Shown here: one piece after another, positions 1 to 12,669 of the stretch | Layout: each line of letters starts with the position of its first letter | Numbering within the stretch: position 1 is the stretch's first letter | Assembly: GCF_030144855.1 (NCBI RefSeq) | Contig: NC_082710.1 | Coordinates: forward strand, 169,880,001 to 169,944,000 | Length of the DNA: 64,000 nucleotides | Source: Hypanus sabinus | Lineage: Eukaryota | Direction: 5' to 3' | Notes under the pieces: generated by a model | Seen by the model: the letters and a program-made list of their open reading frames with translations, nothing else | What the model was told of the DNA's origin: nothing | The model's database searches: none | Translations under genes and position numbers: made by a program

Positions 1-441
1 GGGGCACAATTGAGAGCCTCCTGACTGGCTGTATCACTGCCTGGTATGGGAACTGTACCTCCCTCAATCGCAGGACTCTGCAGAGAGTGGTGAGGACAGC
101 CCAGCGCATCAGTAGATGCGAACACCCACTACTTGGGACATTTACCAAGACAGGTATGTAAAAAAGGCCTGAAGGATCATTGGGGACCTGAGTCACCCTA
201 ACCACAAATTGTTCCAGCAGCTACCATCTGGGAAATGGTACCGCAGCATAAAAACCAGGACCAATAGGCTCCGGAACAGCTTCTTCCAACAGGCCATCAG
301 ACTGCTTAATTCATGCTGACAAAACTGTATTTCTATGTTAAACTCACTGTAAATTGCACATTGCACATTTAGACGGAGACATAAAGATTTTTACTCCTCA
401 GGTATATGAAGGATGTAAGTAATAAAGTCAGTTCAATTCAA
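1..441 (+). mobile_element. Rex1/Babar-type LINE 3' end fragment
   Basis: Decayed RT C-terminal coding (SLLTGCITAWYG..., ...RNSFFQQAIRLLN), then 3'UTR with AATAAA and a (TTCAA)n tail; the same 3'UTR recurs at ~50860-51052. Confidence 0.7.
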
Positions 442-869
442 TCTGGCACACATCGAAGCTTTTAAAACCCTACAGAGAGCAACTAAAAGAATCATTTGGA
501 GGGAAAAATTGAAATATGAAAGCAAGTTAGCAAACAATATCAAAGTGGACAGTAAAAGCTTTTTCAAGTATGTAAAAAAAAAAGAGAGCGATGAGAGTGG
601 ATATACGACTGCTAGAAAATGAAGCTGGAGAAATAATAATAATAACGGGAGTCAAGGAGATGGCAGATGAACTAAATGAGTATTTTGCCATTTGAGTATT
701 TCTTTGATTTTGGAATACATCTATCCTGCACCTTCCTCATTTCTCCTAGAAAGTCACTCCATTTCTGCTCTGCTGACATCCCTGCTACCAGCTCCATTCA
801 ATTTACTGTGGCCAACTCCCCTCTCATACCACTGTAATTTCCTTTACTCCACTGAAATACTGCTATGTC

Positions 870-2100
870 CCTGTTCACAAGAGTTCCCACTGTGGACAGT
901 TTGGTCATCCTGCAGTCAAGATTTGATAAGGGTAGCAATGATCTTTTTGAACACACCCTTACATCAGCGTACTTCCTCTACAAGGGGAACTACGACTAAA
1001 AAACAGATGTAGAGGCCATGGGATCGCCCTCATCGCCAGCTATTGCTAGTTTCAACATGGAGGGCTTTGAGTTCATCACCCTTATGCCTCAAATGCTTCT
1101 TCAGATACATCAATGACACCTTCGTAGTGTGGCCTCATGGACTTCAAGCACTGCAATTGCTCCACAACCATCTGAGTAGCATACATCCAAGCATTCAACT
1201 TACAATGCAGATGGAGAAAATGGATGCCTCCCATTCCTGGATATTCTAATACAATAGAAATCAGGTAGTAGCCTCGGGCATGGCGGAAACACACTCACAC
1301 AGGTTTATACCTCAACAATAGCAGTCACCATCACACCTCCCAAAAAAGAACGGTTCTTTCTACTTTGATTAACTGTGTGAAAACTATGTTCGACCCAGAG
1401 AATCTCCACAAGGAAATAGGACAATTACACATGACTTTCCTACAGAATGGCTACAGGCTGAAGGAAATCAACCAGTCCCTTAAAAAGGCTGACAGAAAAA
1501 CTAGGAAACCTAACAACAGAGAATAACCAATTGCTATCAACTGTCTTCCCTATATTTCACTGGAAGGATCGGTAGGATCCTGAAGAAATATCAACATTAA
1601 TACCATCCACAAACATGTAAGGAAGCTCAAATTACAGATTATGTGGGAAAGATGACCTGGAACTCAGGACAGCTGTCGTTTACATGACTCCCTGTGAATG
1701 CAGAGCAGTGTCTATCATCCAGATGGGACACACAATGGAAACCCCTATCAAGGAGCACAGGAGGTGTATCTGTCTGGGTTAACCGGAGAAATAGGGAGTA
1801 GCAGAACATTGCTTTCTGAAGGAAGCCATTGAAATAAAGCTAGAGGAAAAGAAGTTTCACAAAGACAAAGGTCTGGCTCTAAGTATGAACTGGAATTTGA
1901 TTGTAAACAAGGTGGGATAGTGGATACCTGATTGGATGAGGTCGAACCAATCAGGAGGGACAGATGGCAGGGGTTTAAATACCACCAGACTAGACATGCC
2001 CAGTCATCATCCCTGATGAAGATGGCAGAGTTTGTCATTAAAACCTCAGTTAAAATCAATACCTTTACCAGGCTGGAAGCCCAAGAAGAGTTTACAAGTT
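870..2100 (+). mobile_element. Penelope-like element (RT C-terminal half + GIY-YIG remnant + terminal repeat), decayed
   Basis: AMGSPSSP and FRYINDTFVVW RT motifs (ORF 1043-1249), IQLTMQME/LPFLD-like segment, VYMTPCEC GIY-YIG-like segment near 1680, terminal CTGATGA hammerhead-like motif at 2013. Confidence 0.75.
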
Positions 2101-3010
2101 ATGGGTTTAAGATGAAAAGTGAAATGTTTAGGGGATCATAAATAGGTACTTCTTCATTCAAGAGGGTGGTCAGAGTGTGGAACGAGCTGCCAGCAAAAGT
2201 GGTGAATGCAGGTTCAATTTCAACATTTAAGATGAATGGGAGGTGTACAGAGGGCTATGGTCCGGGTGCATGGCAATGGAACTAGGCAGATGAATAGAGT
2301 GGCACAGACTAGATAGGCCAAAGGACCTGTTTCTATCTGTAGTGTTCTATGACTATGGCTTTCTAAGATGTCCCTGAAATTGTAGTATGTAGGTGATATA
2401 GACACACAACAGACTGCTGATTCTGAAATCTAAAGTAAAATGAGTGACTGGGCAAATGATATTTTATTGCATGAGAATTTGAATGTAAGAGTAAAGATGC
2501 TTTCATGCAATTTGAGGGCTTTAGTAAAGCCACAACCTAGCGTACTGGGTACACTTTGGTCTCCTTACCTGAACGAGATATGCTCATTGCAGAAAGAGAG
2601 TCCTTCTTGTTCACCGCATGTGGGAAACCGAGTAGGCTGAGCTTGCATTCGCTAGAGTTTACAAGAATAGAGGTGACCTCAATGAGGTTTTGCAGGGAGG
2701 ATGTTACTCCTGGCTGTGGAGTCATGGTCTCAGAACAACGGGCTGGCCACTTAGGGCCGAAATGAGGAAATGTGTCCTTCATGCAATGGCAGGGCGTCTT
2801 TGGAAATTGTTATCTTGGAGGATTGTGGAGACTGAGTTAGTCAGAAAGAGATGTTGATAGATTGCTGCATTTTAAAAGGATCCAGAGAAAGGCAGGCAAA
2901 TAATATTTGAGGTACGTAGATGAACCATGACTTTGATAAATGGTGCAGCAGGCTGAAGGAGCTGGACGTTCTGCTCTTTCTTATGCTTGTAAAAGCAGAA
3001 TGAATTCCAC
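2100..3010 (+). mobile_element. CR1 LINE 3' fragments
   Basis: CR1 3'-end text (FTQRVVRVWNELP-like, ggacctgtttct...gttctatg tail) plus a second, more decayed copy; boundaries approximate. Confidence 0.55.
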
Positions 3011-3449
3011 AGCCATGATCCACAGGTAGGGAGGTCAGGACTGGAGAAGGGGGTTCATAGAGTAATATAGCGAAACAGGCCCTTCAGCCCAACTCGTCCG
3101 TGCCATCTATGGTGTCCATCATATGATTCCCATTTCCCAATGTTTGACATACCCCTCTTCCCTGTGTAGTTATCTAAATGTCTTTTAAATGTTGCTACTA
3201 TCCCTCAATCCCTTTTTCTGGCACATCATTCAATACGCACTCTGCATGAGGAAGTTTTCCCTGCAACTCCCTTTGCCCTCTCACTTCAAACCTATGCCCA
3301 CTAGCTTTTTGTTCCCCCCTCCTTGGGAATAAGATGATGTGTTCACCCTGTCTATTCCCCCTCATGATGTTATAGTTGTATGGCCAAAAGACGTTACAGA
3401 GTTGAGGGGGTGGTGAAAGCTCAGGAAATGGTGGTGAAATCAGTGAACT

Positions 3450-3935
3450 CAAAAACTTCTACAAATGTACTGTGTAGAGCATTCTGCATCACTGTCTGGT
3501 TTGGGGGTGGGGCAACTGCACAAGATCAAAGTAGGTTGCAGAAAGTTGTAAAATTAGTCAGTTCCATCATGGGTACCAGCTTCCGTAGTATCCAAGATGC
3601 CTCAGGAAGGCAGCGTCTATCATTAAGGGCCCCTATCATACAGGACATGGTCTCTTCTCATTGTTACTGTCAAGAAGGAGGTGCAGAAGCCTGAATGCAC
3701 ACACTCAGCGATTCAGGAACAGCTTCTTCCCCTCTGCCATCCGATTTCTAAATGGACATTGAACCCACAACACTACCTTACTGCTTTTTATTTCTGTTTT
3801 TGCACTGTTTATTTTACTTAATAGAAATCCTTACAGTAATTCAGCTTTTCTCTTTATATTTATCAGATATTGCTTTGTAAAGTTAACAAATTTCACAACA
3901 GAAACTGGCGATATTAAACCTGATTCTCTGATTCT
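3450..3935 (+). mobile_element. Rex1/Babar LINE 3' fragment
   Basis: CITVWFGG...RLQKVVK...FRNSFFPSAIRFLN-like coding and (GATTCT)n tail. Confidence 0.6.
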
Positions 3936-4364
3936 AATTCTAAAAGCAAGATGAAAGTTTTAAAACAGACAGCCTGTCAATGCAGCCTCGGGAGCAGGTA
4001 AGAGGCAGATTAATGGGATTGCAGAAGTTAGTATTTTAAAAAGTGTCATGCAACTGGATGAGGTTACACGTTGTGCAAAGTGAATTTCCGCTGGAAGAGA
4101 TCCAGAAAGGTGGATAGGGGCTGCAGGATCTGAGAGCTTGGCAATAGGGGAAGAACGTTGGGAACTAGAACTAGATTACAAAAGCAGAAGATGACAGTCT
4201 GGGCAATGAGGAAATTCTCATCAACAATAACCACTACACGAACTCTCCCCCAACTCTTAATGTATCTTCCTCTCCCAAGAACCTGCATTGTGGAGGCTGC
4301 AGGAGGTGGAAATCACAGCACAACACTCCCTTCCAGAGCCTTTCGTGACAAACGGTGAACACAA

Positions 4365-4790
4365 GTGTTTTTTCTGAACCCAACCTCCCCAAAGGCACTT
4401 AACAGTGATCCCACTCTCCTTGAGGATTTTGAATGCTGATCCCACCCTAACAAGGAGTTTAAATAATGATCCTAATCCCTCCTCAAGAAATTTAAATATT
4501 GATCCCACCCCCTTTAGAAATTTAAACACTGACCCATCCCTCAGGCTGCTTCCACCCTCCTGAAGGATTAAATGCTGATCACGCCCTCTCAAAACGATAA
4601 AACACTGCTAACCCCTCCCCAAAGGGCATTGAACATGGGCCCCACTCTCTCTAAGAAGTTTAAATGCGGATCTCAACCCCGTCAGGCAGTTTAAACACTG
4701 ATTCTACACCTTGACGGATTCCCCCTCCCCGCAAGGGGATTAAACATTGATCACTCCTCCCCACAACGGGATTGAACATTGATCCCATCT
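4365..4790. repeat. Degenerate ~32-bp minisatellite (consensus ~TTTAAACACTGATCCCACCCCCTCAAGGGGA)
   Basis: About a dozen diverged units containing aaaya(c/t)tgatccca visible by eye. Confidence 0.7.
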
Positions 4791-4799
4791 CAATCGAGC

Positions 4800-5400
4800 A
4801 ACTGCCTTCGGGGCCCTGAGTCTCCCTCTCTGGCAGACCCTGACGTTCCTCCGGCAACTGCCGGCTCTGTCCGCGGTGTAAACTGCCGACACCGACCAGA
4901 TGTCTCGGGTTGTCTGGAGGGGAAGCCAGACCTGACTCTCCCGCACTCACCTCGTCCACGCCGTTGCTCCCTGCGACCGTCAGAGAGCTTATTTACCTTC
5001 GGCCCAAGGCTGACACACCCGCGCCCAGATACAAACAGCTCCGCCCCGGCCAGGAAGACGAGCATACACCAAGGCCTGGGCACAAATCAGTAACAGCGCT
5101 GCCCCCGGCTGGGAGGGCTAACACAACCCAGGTCTGGGCACAGCGACAACCCGGCTGGGAGGGCTGATATACAGTACACAGGAGCCTGGGCTCCCTACAG
5201 CGCTGCTTCTGGACTGGAGGACTGACACACAACCGAGATCCCAGGCGCCATCCCAGCCGGGAGAACGGAAAACTCCCGGACTTTGTACCGACCGTGCACA
5301 GCGCTACCCCTGGCTGGGAAGACTGACATACACCCGGGCCTTATGTCAATCTGGCGCAGGTTAGACATCGCCCGCTGACCGGGAGGGGTATCATAACAGA
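4800..5400 (-). promoter_or_regulatory. CpG-rich promoter / non-coding first exon of a minus-strand gene continuing left of the window (candidate FLOT1 5' end)
   Basis: Local CpG enrichment in a CpG-poor background; GC box CTCCGCCCC at ~5039; splice donors GAG|GTGAGT (exon end 4951) and AAG|GTAAAT (exon end 4997). FLOT1 identity is inferred only from mammalian IER3-FLOT1 adjacency. Confidence 0.5.
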
Positions 5401-6509
5401 AAATAAAGTAGTCAAAAGAGACTTCAAATGCTGGAAATCGTCCATTTTTTCGATCCACAGATGTTGTCTGACCCGCTATTCCTCCGTCTTTTTGTGTGTT
5501 GATTAAAATCAAACTTTCCCGCTGTTCTACTCTCCTGCTCCTGAGTAGCTGAAAAAAATTAAACAAAAATAAACTTTATTCAAAATTATATAGTTATAAC
5601 ATCAAACCGTGCGATGCCTTTTCATTCTTTATATTCATACTGTTCAACCACAGATTTCTCTGCTTCTCTAGCACAGGGAGACCTGGTTCCCTCACACTAT
5701 TTTAGACTCTCTCATTCAGTTTACTGGAATGTTTATTACACTTTGCACAGTGCAACATCTGACAAATAGAATTAAAAGCGTGTTGGAGTTTCACGTCCAA
5801 TAGTCTGCACGTGCTATGTGCAGTGTTGGTGGAGTTTGCAAAGGGACTTATCGCCGTTCATTCTAGGTAGCCCTAACTGATGGGCTTCATCAGGAATCTC
5901 GGCCCGAAACGTTGGCGACTCTTTTCTCACGGATGCTGCCTGGCCTGCTGAGTTCTTCCAGCGTTGTGTACGTATTCTTTGATCCTCAGCATCTGTAGTT
6001 GTATTTTTTCACATCAGCGTGCCTGATCTGTGGGACAGAAAGGCTGGAGTTTATGCTCCACAGCACCATGCGCAGGAGACGTGGTGTACGTGCATCGGGA
6101 CATGTTCTGTTCTTAGCGAGAAACACCGAGCTTCATTTGCTTTCCACAGATGCTGCTTGACCTGCGGAGTTCCTCCGCAGGTCAAGCTGGTCTACCTGGG
6201 TCTCCGGCATCTGCAGACTCTCTTGTGTTTATGATTTGCTCCCCCAGAATTTTTTTTTACTCTGTTGAGTTAGTTTGATTCAGTTTTCCTTCAACAAACG
6301 TATAAGTACAACAAATGTACCAATTCAAAGTGGAGTTTATTGTCATATGTACAAGTACACGTGCGCACGGGTGCAATGAAAAACTGACTAAGGCAGCAGC
6401 ACGACCATATAGTCTCAGATAAGCGGTGTTCACAACAAAAAAACTATGTCCTATATTCTTAAAGCAAGAATTAACCATAAATTACACACACCTTTTACAC
6501 GAATTAACT

Positions 6510-7080
6510 CAGTTGAGGCCCTCCATTGGCCAGGGATGACCATGGATATCGCGTCCTAGTTGTCTACATGACATGCAAGCCATGAGGCAAATCAAGGCAG
6601 CACGACTTAGAGAGCAAGCTGTTCCCCATGCCAGCAGGCTCCCCTTTCCACGCAGCTGACGAATTCAAAGAAACAACAAGTGGGCACCAGCAACATCGCA
6701 GCAGTTGTCAGTCAGCGTTGAACTCAATGTAGGAGTCTCCAGCTCCGGATCCTTCCTCGGGGTTTACTCCCGAAGCCTTCCCCATGAGCGTTTAGAGCTA
6801 CACAGAAGCACAGATTTGAGACCAAGAGTTTTCCTTCTCCCAGACAGGCTGACAAGCCCCATCTGGCCAAAGCGACTGCTTTTAAGGCGCCAGTAACCCG
6901 CATTTGCCCATCCTCCAGTCAGTAGAAATGGCTCAGCCGGGCTCAGTAGCTAAACCACATGTGAAGGGCAGGAGCTGGACTTGGTTGTCAGAGGCTACTT
7001 GAGACATGCACCGTTGGGGGCATTTAATAGGTAGTGGGAGCTTCACCCCACTTACCTCGCCCGGCTATGACAACCTGACG
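6510..7080. mobile_element. RTE-related LINE/SINE fragment
   Basis: Resembles the abundant RTE-associated repeat text (gtttactcccgaagccttccccatg..., ggtttccttctcc...); family by recall only. Confidence 0.4.
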
Positions 7081-10000
7081 GAAGCGAACACAACTCGAAG
7101 AATTCAAAAGATAAAGTGTAAGTTATCAAAGTGGCCACCGCGTTTCTATACAGAGGTAGCGAGGTAGTTCAAAGTTTGATTTACTTTGAACTTTGAATTG
7201 TGATTAGGGTTGTCCGGGTTGGTTGACGGGAAGTAGCTGTTCCTGAACCTGGTAGTAGGGGAGTTCAAACTTCTGTATCTCCTTCCTAATGGTAGCTGTG
7301 AGAAGATGGAAAAGCTCTGAATGGTGGGGATCCTTGATGATGAATATTGCCTTCTTGAGGCAGTGAATTCTATCTCTGATGATGATTTCAGGAACATTCC
7401 TCACCATCAAGATTTAACAGACTGGCCTGTAGTTACTGATTTCATCCCAATGTCTTTTGTAAATGAAAAGCACAGCATTTGGTCCTCAGCAACCACCCAA
7501 CTTCCCCCCCCCCACCAATTTTAATGTCTGAGTCATAGACTCGTTGAGTGTTACAGAACAGAAGCAGATTGTTCAGCTCGAGCTCCACACACAAAATGCT
7601 GGAGGAACTCTGCAGGCCAGGCAGCATCTATGGAAAAGAGTACAGTCAATGCTTCGGACTGTACTCTCGTTCCAGTCTCACATGACCTCTGTGGAAAAAA
7701 GCCTGCTTGCATTTACCCTATCTATGCCCCTCAGAATTTTGTATACCTCTATCAAGTCTTCACTCATTCCCCTATGCCCCATGGAGTAAATTCCTCACCT
7801 ATTCAGACTTTCATTATAACTCAGGGTCTCAAATCCTGGCAACATCCATGTAAATTGTCCCTCCATGTAAATTGTCCCCATATGCTTTCAACCTTAATGA
7901 TATCCTTCCTGTAGGTAGGTGAACAGAACTGCACATAATGTTCCAAATTATAATTAACCAAGGTCTTATACAACGTCAGCATAACATCCCAACTCCTGCA
8001 CTCAATAATCTGATTTATAATGGCAAAGTGCCAAGAGCTCATCTACTGCACCAGTGGCACCACTTTCAAGGAATTATGGCCCTGTATTCTCAGATCCCTT
8101 TGTTCTACTGCACTCCTATCCTCAGTACCCTATCATTCACCATATATCTGGAAGGCTATGAAGAGATTGACCGCAGCTCCATTCCTACAGCCCACCTGGA
8201 CCAGGCGACAGGCATCCCACCCCCATTCTACTGGAGCACCATGGAGAGTGTCCTGACCAGCTGTATCACCTGTGGGAATTGTGAGGCATCTGACAGCAAG
8301 ACCTTGCAGGAGATTGTGAGGACTGTTGAGAGAATCGCCAGGGTCTTTCTTCACTCCACTGCATTCACACGGCCCTCAGCGTGGTTGAGGCCCTCTCCCA
8401 TCTGTCCCACAATCTCTTTAACCCCCAACCATCAGGCAGAAGGTACAGCAGTATAAAAACAAGGCTGGGTAACAGTGTCTTCCCCCAGACAGTGAGACTT
8501 TCTGTCAGTAGCAATGATACTATGGTATATTTAATTGTATGTCAACTTGTACATCTAGAGAATATTTTTATAATCTGTTAATACTGTTGTGTTAACATTA
8601 TTGGATGTGCTGTATGTAATATATGCACCCTGGTCCCAGAGGAGCAGGACACTGTTTTGCTTAGCTGTATACATGTATACAGTTGAATGACAATAAACTT
8701 GAATTTGAACCTGAACTTTAACTGCAGTGGGTCTTTCTAGTTATGACCTATCATCTTGCATACTGAAAAGTTTGTCTTGCATGCTGTACATATAGATCAA
8801 ATCATGACATGATACGTTGGGGTAGTGCAATAAAAATGTAGAATAAACAGCTACAGAGCAAATGCAGTGCAGGTAAATAGCAAAGTGCAAGATCATAATG
8901 AGGAAGATTGTGAGGTCAAGAGACTACTTTATCATACAAGAGGTCTGTTCAGGAGTCTGATAACAGTCTGATAGAAGCTGACCTTGAGCCTGGTGGTATA
9001 TGCTTTCTGCCTGATGGGAGGCTGGTTTCCATGATGATCTGAGCTGCGTCCACAGCTCTCTGCAGGTTCTTGTGGTCATGTGCAAAGCAGTTGCTATACA
9101 AAGCTGTTATGTAGCCAGACTGAATGCTATCTATGGTGCATTAATTAAAATTCATAAGGGTTGACAGAAACATGCCAAATTTCTTTAGCTTTCTGAGAAA
9201 CTAGCGATGTTAGTTTGCTTTCTTGCCTGTGACATCAAGATCATTGGGAAAGTCATTGCTTTGGTTGCACCAAGGTTGAAACAACCCTCAACAGGAACTC
9301 CTGCATCCCAGAATGCATCTGTTGGCAACCTTCCCTTCCAGATGTCTCATTGCAATGACAGGGCAATATGCTATGCTTTCCCCACCCACCACAAGTTCAC
9401 AAATTTTCCACTGGACCTCAGCCCTCAGGTACTGGCATGGGAATTTACTCTCCCTTGAGGTGTGGTGGCACTTCCAAACCGGATACGCCTTAGGTTCTGA
9501 AATGCCTGGTTATTCTCGTCAAACCAGTCCTAAAGGAGCCAAGAGTCTCTTCACAGCTGCTTATTATGGTGGGAGGTCAGGACTCTGTGGGTTCTGTTGG
9601 GTGGGGGCTTGCAGGCTGTCTGTGGGAAAGCAGCCGAGAGAGGCTTTCTTTGTGAAATCCTTGGAGCATTTACACTGAGTTTTACATTCAAGTGTAAGGC
9701 TTTATAAAACATTCATCAGACCATATTTGTAATATGGTGAGCAGTTTTGGACTCCTTATCAAAGAAAAGACGTGCTAGCATTGGAGAAGATCCAGAGGAG
9801 GTTAGCTAGAATGATCCCTAGAGTAAAAAGGTTAACATATGAGGAGTGTTTGCTGGCTCTGGGCCTGCTCCCTCTGGAGGGTAGAAGAGTGAATGGGGCG
9901 GGGGAGAAACCTCATTGAAACCTATCAAATATTGAACGTTGTAGATATGGTGGAGTTGGAGAAGATGGTCCCTGTAGTGAGGGAGTCTTGGACCAGAGGG

Positions 10001-10992
10001 TGTAGCTTCGGAATACAAGGATATCTCTTTAGAACAGAGACAAGGAGGAATTATTTACCCAGAGGATGGTGAATCTGTGGAATCTTTTGCTACAGATAGC
10101 TGTGAAATCCAAGTCATTGTGTATACTTAAGACTGAGGTTGATAGGTCCTTGATTAGGAAGGGTGTCAAACATTATAGGGGGAAAGCTGCAGAATGGGCT
10201 TGAGGGGATAATAAACCAGCTATGATAGAATGGAAGAGCAGATTCAATGGGCTTGATGACCTGTATCTTATGGGCTTATGGGTTTTCTTTGGGCTAGACT
10301 TCTATTATCACAGTTGAATTGGAGCCTACTAGATCGTAGAACAGTACGGTGTAAGAACAAAGTCCACTGCCGTGCACAGTGGTCGTGGTCTTGCTATACT
10401 GAGGGTTGTGCAGGTTTGTTCAAGAACCGAATTGTTGAAGGAAAGTCACTGTCAACATAGAACGTAAAACAGTACAGCATGGAGACAGGGCTTTGATCTT
10501 GTGCCAAAAAAAATTAACTAGTAATTTTAGTAAACTAAAATTAAACTTACTAAACTAATTCCTGCTGCCCTTCATTTCCTGGACATTCACATTCCTGCCT
10601 AAAAGCCTCTCAAATGCCTCTAAATACATGCTTGCAGCAGCATCACAGACATATGCAACATTCACAAGATGGACTAATGCAAAATTAAACAAGAAAGGAC
10701 ACAATTAGAATCAATAAAAAACAGTTCCTTGTAGTGCAGAGTGGTCATAGTGTTGCTGTATAGATGCAGTGATTAGAGGTGTTCAGGTTGGTTCAAGAAC
10801 CGAATGGTTGAAGCTGTTAACATAAAACACAGAACAGTGCAGTATGGGAACAAGCTGTTCAGCCTGTAATGTTGTGCTGAACTAATTAAATTAGTAATCA
10901 AGCACTTAATAAAACTTTCTGTCTACAGTACATCCAAATCCCTCCACTCTCTGCACATTCTTGTGACGTATCTTAAATGCCTTTGTCGTATT

Positions 10993-12063
10993 TGTGACGG
11001 GGTCCTGAATTACCTCTATGAACAGTGCTTTCGAAAAGAGAGAGGGAGTTGTTGTTCAACACCAGACACCTTGTTATTAAGAGAGAGAGAGGCGAAGACT
11101 GCTCGGAAATGGTGTTATGGTTTCTCTGCAAGCACATCTTGCAAGGTCACTGTCAGCTTCTGTATTCTTACAGAGAGAGAGGGAGGAGCTGCTTGATGGA
11201 TGGCTGGTGTTCAGCACGGTGAGATAAATAGGTCAGCTGATAAACCTACAGACAGGTGGTTTTGGACACTGAATGAGCTTTGCTGTGCCCACAGAAAAGG
11301 TGGGTTTTGAAGGATTGATCAGGCGGATTGATCTGTGGCTCTTGCAGTGTGAAAGGGTGTGACTGGTGGGGAGTTATTCATGTGTCCAACCCTCACCTGG
11401 GTTGATAATTCCATCATGGAAGAACCTTTGTTCTGGTCACAAGTGAGCGACTGTAAGTTTTGGGAATAGGACAACGACATGGAGGATCGGCATCAACATT
11501 GGCACTGGAAGATAANNNNNNNNNNNNNNNNNNNNNNNNNNNNNNNNNNNNNNNNNNNNNNNNNNNNNNNNNNNNNNNNNNNNNNNNNNNNNNNNNNNNN
11601 NNNNNNNNNNNNNNNNNNNNNNNNNNNNNNNNNNNNNNNNNNNNNNNNNNNNNNNNNNNNNNNNNNNNNNNNNNNNNNNNNNNNNNNNNNNNNNNNNNNN
11701 NNNNNNNNNNNNNNNNNNNNNNNNNNNNNNNNNNNNNNNNNNNNNNNNNNNNNNNNNNNNNNNNNNNNNNNNNNNNNNNNNNNNNNNNNNNNNNNNNNNN
11801 NNNNNNNNNNNNNNNNNNNNNNNNNNNNNNNNNNGAACTGATTACTTACCATACCACCATAAGACTGTATCACCTGAGCTGGGGAAGCTTGGAACCTTAT
11901 TCACTCACCTATATATATATGCATATACTTTGCTAACCTGTTTACCTTATCTTGTTTTATATTACTTTATTCACGTAGTTACTAATAAAATAGAGTTTAT
12001 AATGGAAGACTCAGGCTCCAGGTGTGTCCATTTCTGCTGGTTCTTTTTAACCAGTACGTAACA
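10993..12063 (+). mobile_element. LTR-like element (TG...CA) spanning the assembly gap, inserted in a CR1 3' fragment
   Basis: Starts TGTGAC, ends GTAACA, AATAAA ~80 nt before the end; flanks join into CR1-tail text (cgtatt|gcctccatcacc); no clear TSD. Confidence 0.5.
11516..11834. other. Assembly gap (319 N)
   Basis: Run of N. Confidence 1.
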
Positions 12064-12669
12064 GCCTCCATCACCAGCCAGGCAGGGCATTCCAGGCGCC
12101 AACCATCACTTTGTAAAAACATTTGCCCTTTGAACTCCGATATTCTCCAAACTTACCCACAGTGGCATACTTGGTAAAGCCACTACCCCTCCTCTCCAGC
12201 GACCGGGCTTGATCCCATCCCAACCTCCAGCGCTCTCTGTGCAGTGCTCGCATGTCCTCCCGAGGTAGGTAGCTAGAGGGTGCACAAGGAGCAGACCGCA
12301 GTAGTCCCTTGATTTGAGGAAGTGTGGAATTCCTGCAAAGTGTTTAGCGAGCAAACGCAGGCGCATCGAAAAGGCTGAGCAGAATGGATTGCAGGTAGTT
12401 TGGCGTACTGTGTTCCTGCACTCCTTGTGATAGCAGAAAGCAGTAAATCAAAGGTCCACAAGAGTCATCTGTGCTTTCAATAATACCCTGTAAACCGACT
12501 GTTTGTATGTCACTAAATTTCATGTGGCTTCTTTTGAATAGAGAACAGAATGTGAATCAGATTTATTAGCTGTGATATACTGTATGTTGTGTAATTGGCT
12601 GTTTCATAAAACATGAGAATTTCTCTAAATTTCAATTAATGGACTGGTTTAGGAATGGTTACTTTGAGT

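Noticed and set aside
11460-11936. ORFs of 120-158 aa
   Set aside because: Artefacts of the N gap
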